64,000 nt of DNA from Macrostomum hystrix (Eukaryota > Animalia > Platyhelminthes): contig CATNEN010000024.1 in the NCBI GenBank assembly GCA_950097015.1, positions 4,402,001-4,466,000 of the forward strand. The letters run 5' to 3'. Shown one piece after another: positions 54,931-64,000 of this stretch (position 1 is its first letter; every line of letters begins with the position of its first letter). The position numbers and the translations under genes were made by a program. The notes below the pieces were generated by a model that searched no databases, had not been told where the DNA came from, and saw nothing but the letters and a program-made list of their open reading frames with translations.

Positions 54931-57900
54931 ATGCGGCTAAGTCGATTCTCATCCGGCGGACGTCTGCTACTCGTTACCATGGCAACTCTTATCTACTTCT
55001 GGTTGTGCTTGTCGCCTGGTGCCGCACAGCCTTTGTGAGTACATGAGTAGATGGTAATCAATAAATAGAAGCTCCTCAGTTCCTCGACAAATTTTAATTC
55101 TTGCATTTTCAGACTCAGCGAAAAAGTAGATAATTTATCAAATTGGCTGAAGAGTGTTTTTAAAAGCGCAAGCCGAATCAAACACTTGACAAAGGTGAGT
55201 TTTGACGCACCAAAGTTTTCCCTTCCACGTCCCTTCCAGAGTTCAGGTTAATTAAACAGACCGCAAGAAAAATTTACCCGTAATTTTAGATCTACGAGGA
55301 CGCCCACTCTGAGGAACTGTTTCGGGTGGAGCCAGTCGACGCAGTGACTGAAGTCAATCAACTGACAGAGCAGATTGGCGATATGGTTGCTAGAAAAACG
55401 CAAGCGATAAAGGTGAAACTGGGCTGGGAGGTGTGGGTCACTGGAACACTCTGTTGTGGATCACTGGTAAAGGAGTGAGGTAGGCAGCTGTCCCCTGAAG
55501 GATGGTGATGGAGGTAGCCAACTGTCCCCTGAAGGATGGTGAGGGAGGTAGCCAACTGTCCCCTGAAGGATGGTGAGGGAGGTTAGGCAGCTGTCCCCTG
55601 AAGGATGGTGATGGAGGTAGCCAACTGTCCCCTGAAGGATGGTGATGGAGGTAGCCAACTGTCCCCTGAAGGATGGTGACGGAGGTAGGCAGCTGTCCCC
55701 TCAGTAATGGTGAGGGAGGTAGTCGACTGTCTCTTGATAACTCCTGAGGTAAAAAATGCGGATTCTTTAATAAAAGCAGGAAAAGTAACGTTGGTAAATT
55801 GTTAAATTAACAATAATGTTTTTATCCTAACCAATTTGAAGGAGTCGGTAGACATGGCTGAGGAAGTTGCCTCGAATTATCGATTTAAAGCAAAAATAGA
55901 GGTAATTTGCTAGTCCATTTTATGAATGTGTATTAACCAACGATTTATCGATTTCTAAATCCTTGATTGCAACTGAAATCCACGCAGAAAAAAGCCGTCT
56001 CGTATCTGTCCGCCCTCAAGTTGAAAGACGAAAACAGTGCACTCGAGTACGACCGGCACTTCCTGCAGAAGGTGGCCAAGAACCAGTCAACTGTGATCAT
56101 TCCGACAGACATCTTCGATGGCAGTGAGTGACCCTGGCTGAATACTGCAGAGGTGTAGCCATTTCAATGAAACAGTTTTACTCGCAGGTGAACTAGTCTT
56201 TTAAATTTTATTGGGTGTTTGTTGCTATTTTTAGAAACTGAGTCAGTGGAAAATCTATTTATGTATCGCAGCACAAGCATGTGACAGACGACAGCCAATC
56301 AAATTTTATCCAACAGGAACCGACATCCTTAATCAGCTGATGTGGACTGGACAAGTGGAGCGAAAGTTGGCTAATCTGGTTGCGAATGAGGAGTACTTTC
56401 AGGATACAGTGCGCTACATGTACCTTGTCACAGATATGGGACTCATGCGAATGCTCCCAGGTAGGCGAATTTCCTATAAAATTGAGAAGGTAGATTATGA
56501 TAATTACGAAATCTCAAAAACAACAGTTCTAATTTCAATTTTCCACAAGGCATGAAGTGGACGATGAGTGAGATCACAAATATGTATGACGCGAGGCGAA
56601 CCTCATGGTGAGACGCATGCGATCAATTGTTAGTCTATCCCATGGGTTAACGAATAGACTGGATTGTTAGTCTATCCCATGGGTTAACGAATAGACTGGA
56701 TTGCTAGTCTATCCCATGGGTTAACGAATAGACTGGATTGCTAGTCTATCCCATGGGTTAACGAATAGACTGGATTGTTAGTCTATCCCATGGGTTAACG
56801 AATAGACTGGATTGCTAGTCTATCCCATGGGTTAACGAATAGACTGGATTGCTAGTCTATCCCATGGGTTAACGAATAGACTGGATTGTTAGTCTATCCA
56901 TGGGTTAACGAATAGACTGGATTGTTAGTCTATCCCATGGGTTAACGAATAGACTGGATTGCTAGTCTATCCCATGGGTTAACGAATAGACTGGATTGCT
57001 AGTCTATCCCATGGGTTAACGAATAGACTGGATTGTTAGTCTATCCCATGGGTTAACGAATAGACTGGATTGCTAGTCCATTCCATGGGTTAACGAATAG
57101 ACTGGATTGCTAGTCTAGCTTATTGATTAACGAATAGACTGGATTCCGAGTCTATCCCATGGATTAATGAAATAGAATGGATTGCCAGTCTATCCCATGG
57201 ATTAATTAAATAGAATGGATTGCTAGTCTATCCCATGGGTTAATGAAATAGAATGGATTGCTAGTCTATCCCATGGATTAATGAAATAGAATGGATTGCT
57301 AGTCTATCCCATTGGTTAATGAAATAGAATGGATTGCTAGTCTATCCCATTGGTTAATGAAATAGAATGGATTGCTAGTCTATCCCATGGGTTAATGAAA
57401 TAGAATGGATTGCTAGTCTATCCCATGGGTTAATGAAATAGAATGGATTGCTAGTCTATCCCATGGGTTAATGAAATAGAATGGATTGCTAGTCTATCCC
57501 ATGGGTTAATGAAATAGAATGGATTGCTAGTCTATCCCATGGGTTAATGAAATAGAATGGATTGCTAGTCTATCCCATGGGTTAATGAAATAGAATGGAT
57601 TGCTAGTCTATCCCATGGGTTAATGAAATAGAATGGATTGCTAGTCTATCCCATGGGTTAATGAAATAGAATGGATTGCTAGTCTATCCCATGGGTTAAT
57701 GAAATAGAATGGATTGCTAGTCTATCCCATGGGTTAATGAAATAGAATGGATTGCTAGTCTATCCCATGGGTTAATGAAATAGAATGGATTGCTAGTCTA
57801 TCCCATGGGTTAATGAAATAGAATGGATTGCTAGTCTATCCCATGGGTTAATGAAATAGAATGGATTGCTAGTCTATCCCGTGGGCTAATGAAATATAAT

Positions 57901-60395
57901 GGATTGCTAGTCTATCCCATGGGTTAATGAAATAGAATGGATTCGCTTTCCAGGTACGTCGAGGGCTCAACGTGCGCCAAGGACATGCTGCTGCTGATTG
58001 ATACGTGAGTTATGTTTTCTCAATTTGGCTTTGCTTATCGTTTTATTGAGTCGGCAACCCACCAGGCTGCAGCTGATTTTATTGATCGATACTTTCAGGA
58101 GCGGCTCCATGCAGGGCCAGAACTTGTTACTGACCAAACAGGCGGCGAAGAGCCTCATCAACACCCTGGGGGCGAACGACTACGTGGCTGTTGGACAGGT
58201 TTTCTTTGAATCCATTCTCCTACCACATCGGGTCCTTAACCACATCTAGTGTCTGGTCCCATTGCTTATTATGTTCCCCGTCCAGATTTTGATCCCCATC
58301 CATCCAAGTCCTGATCCCCACCATGCAGGTCCTGTTCGCCATCTAGATTATTTTCCCCATTCATACTCTAAATTCCCTATTTCGTTGTGTAATCCACGTT
58401 AAGTATTTTGATCCCATTTAGATCCCCTATTCTATCCATACCCCATCTAGATTCAATTTCTTAAGGAGCCATTCCCGTGTTGCCCCCGCAGTATCCGGGC
58501 AAAGCGCTGTCGGCTGAGCACACCCAACGCCCGCACCTGCTGCATGACAAGGAGCCACTGAACGGCGGGAATGGGACCTGCTTCCAGACGTTCGTGCAGG
58601 CCACAAAACGGCACAAGCAGGTAAGAGCTGGCTGATCTGTGTCAGACTGTCAGCTGATCTGTGTCAGACTGTCAGCTGTTCTGTGTCAGACTGCCAGCTA
58701 ATATGTGTCAGACTATCAGGTGATCTGTTTAAGTCTGTCAGCTGATCTGTGTGAGACTGTCAGCTGTTGTGTCAGAGACTGTCAACTGTTTTGTGTTAGA
58801 CTGTCAACTGACCTGTGTCAGTTTGTTTGTGTCATCATATTTTTTGCAAGACTGTCAGCAAAAAAATCTCGAATGCAATTCATAAATCTTAGAGATTATT
58901 CAAGCAAATCGAGAGCATCACGGCCAAAGGCTTGGTGAACCTGACAGAAGCTCTGGAGTTTGCCTACAACACCTTCGACGCTGTGAGCACTGGATATGTT
59001 TGTCTTAGATATATTTTTTGAAAAGTTTTCTCGAGTTCTTCTAGAGTGGTCGGGAGTTCGAACGTCAGTCTAAAGGAAGGCAATATGAAGACAAAATGTC
59101 TTCGCGCGAAAATTCACCGCTCCAAATGCATTCTGTCAACAATTTTTTTAGTTTCAAAACGGCACATCCAACAATCACGGAGCCAAGTGCAGCAGCATCA
59201 TCGGCCTGCTGACGGACGGTGACATCAGCAGCGATATGGACCAGACTAATTCGCTGATTGAATACTACAAGGCCAAGAGTGAATACCTGAACAAGGTGAG
59301 GTTGGCTTTTATTCAGTTTTCGTTGAAATTCCTTCAGTCGTTCAATTGATCGAACTGTCAATGTTTAAAGCCAGATTTCCACTTACCTTGAGAATGTTAT
59401 TATCCTACCGAATTCGCAGGTGAGGATATTTGTCTTCTCCGTCGGCAGGCACACAAACCCTGACGGGCCGCTGATTCAATTGGCATGCAAAAATCGAGGT
59501 GAGCTCATTGAATAGCTATTATTGGCCTTTATAACTGCGATTTGGGGTGGTTTGGCGGAGTGGGGTGGTTTGGCGGAGTGGGGTGGTTTGGCGGAGTGGG
59601 GTGGTTTGGCGGAGTGGGGGATGATTTGGCGGAGTGGGGATGGTTTGGCGGAGTTGGGGTGGTTTAGCGGAGTTGCGATGGTTTGGCGGAGTGGGATGGT
59701 TTGGCGGAGTGGAGTGGTTTGGCGGAGTGGGATGGTTTGGCGGAGTGGGTTGGTTTCGCGGAGTGGGGATGGTTTGGCGGAGTGGGTTGGTTTGGCGGAG
59801 TGGGGATGGTTTGGCGGAGTGGGATGGTTTGGCGGAGTGGGGTGGTTTCGCGGAGTGGGGATGGTTTGGCGGAGTGGGATGGTTTGGCTGAGTGGGGATG
59901 GTTTGGCGGAGTGGGGTTGTTTTGGCGATGTGTGGGTTTTTAGTGAAGTAGGTTGTTATAGTGTAGCGAGTAGGCGATTCTGCCCATTCTTCTGCTCACT
60001 AAAACCACACACAAGCACTTAAACCACACACACACAAAAGGATAAATTTGTAGGCCCACCATTTCAACGCCTTGAAATGTGTTGCTTTTGTCCATTTCCA
60101 GGCACATTTACTGATGTACCAGCGATGGGAGCTGTAACCAGCAATGTACAGGTTTGTATTTCAGGACATTATCAGTTTTAGTTCTAGTTCCATTGATATT
60201 AATAGAACTACTGCCGTAATGCATTGGTTTTTCAGGAGGGTTATCTAACTACCCTGCGCAAGGTAGGTGCTCTGTACGAGGCAAAACTGCCGATTGCTGA
60301 GCGCAGCGCTCCCAGAATGATGCTGCACAGCCACTTCGACCCGGAAGGTCACCGAATGTTTCTGTTCTTCACCGAGAATCAGATGCGCGATCTGG
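54931..60395 (+). CDS. CACNA2D: Voltage-gated calcium channel alpha2-delta subunit, 5' part (continues beyond the window)
   Basis: Exons 54931-55034 (signal peptide), 55113-55194, 55290-55412, 55842-55901, 55988-56123, 56317-56460, 56550-56607, 57954-58004, 58099-58198, 58492-58620, 58893-58982, 59152-59295, 59420-59498, 60102-60151 and 60236-(donor uncertain), all in phase. Motifs IPTDIFDG, YDARRTSWY, VWA MIDAS LIDTSGS, LLTDG, VRIFVFSVG..LACKNRG. Confidence 0.94.
55480..55730. repeat. Minisatellite, ~34-bp unit (GTAGCCAACTGTCCCCTGAAGGATGGTGATGGAG)
   Basis: About 7 tandem copies in a CACNA2D intron. Confidence 0.9.
56625..57942. repeat. Two-phase minisatellite: 37-bp unit switching at ~57150 to a 38-bp variant
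   Basis: TTGCTAGTCTATCCCATGGGTTAACGAATAGACTGGA, then TTGCTAGTCTATCCCATGGGTTAATGAAATAGAATGGA; fills almost the whole intron 56608-57953. Confidence 0.95.
59543..59935. repeat. G/T-rich minisatellite (GGTTTGGCGGAGTGGG[G][AT]), 18-20 bp
   Basis: Tandem copies; same family as 60465-64000 in the neighbouring intron. Confidence 0.92.
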
Positions 60396-60464
60396 TGAGC
60401 CTGCTGGCTGGAAATATGTGCTGGTTAGACGATTGATCAGTGGGGCAGGTAGCTGTAGGAGTGG

Positions 60465-63400
60465 GGTGGTTTGGCCGAGTGGGGATGGTTTGGCGGAGTG
60501 GGGTGGTTTGGCGGAGTGGGGGATGGTTTGGCGGTGTGGGAATGGTTTGGCGGAGAGGGGTGGTTTAGCGGAGTGGCGATGGTTTGGCTGAGTGGGGGAT
60601 GGTTTGGCGGAGGGGGTGGTTTAGCGGAGTGGCGATGGTTTGGCTGAGTGGGGGATGGTTTGGCGATGTGGGAATGGTTTGGCGGAGTGGGGGTGGTTTG
60701 GCTGAGTGGGGGATGGTTTGGCGGTGTGGGAATGGTTTGGCGGAGTGGGAATGGTTTGGCTGAGTGGGGGATGGTTTGGCTGAGTAGGGGATGGTTTGGC
60801 TGAGTGGGGAATGGTTTGGCGGTGTGGGAATGGTTTGGCTGAGTAGGGGATGGTTTGGCTGAGTGGGGGATGGTTTGGCGGTGTGGGAATGGTTTGGCGG
60901 AGGGGGGTGGTTTAGCGGAGTGGCGATGGTTTGGCTGAGTGGGGGATGGTTTGGCTGAGTGGGGGATGGTTTGGCGGTGTGGGAATGGTTTGGCGGTGTG
61001 GAAATGGTTTGGCTGAGTGGGGGATGGTTTGGCTGAGTAGGGGATGGTTTGGCTGAGTGGGGGATGGTTTGGCGGTGTGGGAATGGTTTGGCTGAGTAGG
61101 GGATGGTTTGGCTGAGTGGGGGATGGTTTGGCGGTGTGGGAATGGTTTGGCTGAGTAGGGGATGGTTTGGCTGAGTGGGGGATGGTTTGGCGGTGTGGGA
61201 ATGGTTTGGCGGAGGGGGGTGGTTTAGCGGAGTGGCGATGGTTTGGCTGAGTGGGGGATGGTTTGGCTGAGTGGGGGATGGTTTGGCGGTGTGGGAATGG
61301 TTTGGCGGTGTGGAAATGGTTTGGCTGAGTGGGGGATGGTTTGGCTGAGTAGGGGATGGTTTGGCTGAGTGGGGGATGGTTTGGCGGTGTGGGAATGGTT
61401 TGGCGGTGTGGAAATGGTTTGGCTGAGTGGGGGATGGTTTGGCTGAGTAGGGGATGGTTTGGCTGAGTGGGGGATGGTTTGGCTGAGTAGGGGATGGTTT
61501 GGCTGAGTGGGGGATGGTTTGGCTGAGTAGGGGATGGTTTGGCTGAGTGGGGGATGGTTTGGCTGAGTAGGGGATGGTTTGGCTGAGTAGGGGATGGTTT
61601 GGCTGATTGGGGGATGGTTTGGCTGAGTGGGGGATGGTTTGGCTGAGTAGGGGATGGTTTGGCTGAGTGGGGAATGGTTTGGCGGTGTGGGAATGGTTTG
61701 GCTGAGTGGGGGATGGTTTGGCTGCGTTGGGAATGGTTTGGCTGAGTGGGGGATGGTTTGGCTGAGTAGGGGATGGTTTGGCTGAGTAGGGGATGGTTTG
61801 GCTGATTGGGGGATGGTTTGGCTGATTGGGGGATGGTTTGGCTGAGTAGGGGATGGTTTGGCTGAGTGGGGGATGGTTTGGCTGAGCAGGGGTTGGTTTG
61901 TCTGAGTGGGGAATGGTTTGGCGGTGTGGGAATGGTTTGGCGGAGGGGGGTGGTTTAGCGGAGTGGCGATGGTTTGGCTGAGTGGGGAATGGTTTGGCGG
62001 TGTGGGAATGGTTTGGCTGAGTGGGGGATGGTTTGGCTGCGTGGGGGATGGTTTGGCTGAGTAGGGGATGGTTTGGCTGATTGGGGGATGGTTTGGCTGA
62101 GTGGGGGATGGTTTGGCTGAGTAGGGGATGGTTTGGCTGAGTAGGGGATGGTTTGGCTGATTGGGGGATGGTTTGGCTGATTGGGGGATGGTTTGGCTGA
62201 GTAGGGGATGGTTTGGCTGAGTGGGGAATGGTTTGGCGGTGTGGGAATGGTTTGGCTGAGTGGGGGATGGTTTGGCTGAGTGGGGGATGGTTTGGCTGAG
62301 TAGGGGATGGTTTGGCTGATTGGGGGATGGTTTGGCTGAGTGGGGAATGGTTTGGCTGAGTGGGGGATGGTTTGGCTGAGTAGGGGATGGTTTGGCTGAT
62401 TGGGGGATGGTTTGGCTGAGTGGGGGATGGTTTGGCTGAGTGGGGGATGGTTTGGCTGAGTAGGGGATGGTTTGGCTGAGTAGGGGAATGGTTTGGCGGT
62501 GTGGGAATGGTTTGGCTGAGTAGGGGATGGTTTGGCTGAGTGGGGGATGGTTTGGCGGTGTGGGAATGGTTTAGCGGAGTGGCGATGGTTTGGCTGAGTG
62601 GGGGATGGTTTGGCGGTGTGGGAATGGTTTGGCTGAGTGGGGGATGGTTTGGCTGAGTAGGGGATGGTTTGGCTGAGTAGGGGATGGTTTGGCTGATTGG
62701 GGGATGGTTTGGCTGAGTGGGGGATGGTTTGGCTGAGGGGATGGTTTGGCTGAGTGGGGAATGGTTTGGCGGTGTGGGAATGGTTTGGCTGAGTGGGGGA
62801 TGGTTTGGCTGCGTGGGGAATGGTTTGGCTGAGTGGGGGATGGTTTGGCTGAGTGGGGGATGGTTTGGCTGAGTAGGGGATGGTTTGGCTGAGTGGGGGA
62901 TGGTTTGGCTGAGTAGGGGATGGTTTGGCTGAGTAGGGGATGGTTTGGCTGAGTAGGGGATGGTTTGGCTGATTGGGGGATGGTTTGGCTGAGTAGGGGA
63001 TGGTTTGGCTGAGTGGGGAATGGTTTGGCGGTGTGGGAATGGTTTGGCTGAGTGGGGGATGGTTTGGCTGCGTTGGGAATGGTTTGGCTGAGTGGGGGAT
63101 GGTTTGGCTGAGTAGGGGATGGTTTGGCTGAGTAGGGGATGGTTTGGCTGATTGGGGGATGGTTTGGCTGATTGGGGGATGGTTTGGCTGAGTAGGGGAT
63201 GGTTTGGCTGAGTGGGGGATGGTTTGGCTGAGCAGGGGTTGGTTTGTCTGAGTGGGGAATGGTTTGGCGGTGTGGGAATGGTTTGGCGGAGGGGGGTGGT
63301 TTAGCGGAGTGGCGATGGTTTGGCTGAGTGGGGAATGGTTTGGCGGTGTGGGAATGGTTTGGCTGAGTGGGGGATGGTTTGGCTGCGTGGGGGATGGTTT

Positions 63401-64000
63401 GGCTGAGTAGGGGATGGTTTGGCTGATTGGGGGATGGTTTGGCTGAGTGGGGGATGGTTTGGCTGAGTAGGGGATGGTTTGGCTGAGTAGGGGATGGTTT
63501 GGCTGATTGGGGGATGGTTTGGCTGATTGGGGGATGGTTTGGCTGAGTAGGGGATGGTTTGGCTGAGTGGGGAATGGTTTGGCGGTGTGGGAATGGTTTG
63601 GCTGAGTGGGGGATGGTTTGGCTGAGTGGGGGATGGTTTGGCTGAGTAGGGGATGGTTTGGCTGATTGGGGGATGGTTTGGCTGAGTGGGGAATGGTTTG
63701 GCTGAGTGGGGGATGGTTTGGCTGAGTAGGGGATGGTTTGGCTGATTGGGGGATGGTTTGGCTGAGTGGGGGATGGTTTGGCTGAGTGGGGGATGGTTTG
63801 GCTGAGTAGGGGATGGTTTGGCTGAGTAGGGGAATGGTTTGGCGGTGTGGGAATGGTTTGGCTGAGTAGGGGATGGTTTGGCTGAGTGGGGGATGGTTTG
63901 GCGGTGTGGGAATGGTTTAGCGGAGTGGCGATGGTTTGGCTGAGTGGGGGATGGTTTGGCGGTGTGGGAATGGTTTGGCTGAGTGGGGGATGGTTTGGCT
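60465..64000. repeat. G/T-rich minisatellite, 20-bp unit (GGTTTGGCTGAGTGGGGGAT), with a 1346-bp higher-order duplication
   Basis: Runs to the window end; rare variants recur at an offset of 1346. Confidence 0.96.

Noticed and set aside
60465-64000. Telomeric repeat or chromosome end
   Set aside because: Unit is a variable 20-mer, not TTAGGG/TTAGG-type, and it lies downstream of an internal CACNA2D exon

Overview
Intron-rich invertebrate animal genomic DNA. The minisatellite-filled introns and GC-rich exons resemble a flatworm such as Macrostomum, but the host cannot be confirmed from sequence alone. The centrepiece is a complete, apparently intact 15,645-bp Maverick/Polinton (adintovirus-type endogenous dsDNA virus) at 16529-32173. 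It has 682-bp terminal inverted repeats starting AGTAGT and a perfect 6-bp target-site duplication (TTCCGT). It carries uninterrupted ORFs for integrase, protein-primed PolB, adenain-like protease, packaging ATPase, and major and minor capsid proteins. It also encodes a parvovirus-type PLA2, an adenovirus pX-like protein, a PSAP-bearing membrane protein and a small ORF duplicated inside both TIRs. The element sits in an intron of a minus-strand bestrophin gene that has two diverged, intact, alternative first coding exons. Other host genes are the 3' end of a DYRK kinase, a 3-exon Cys-rich neuropeptide-like precursor, rabenosyn-5, an orphan ORF and the 5' part of a calcium-channel alpha2-delta subunit. 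The rest is about 20 different minisatellites, two tRNA-derived SINE families and a MITE with a 10-bp TSD. Exon coordinates were derived by hand from GT-AG sites and phase checks; repeat boundaries are approximate.
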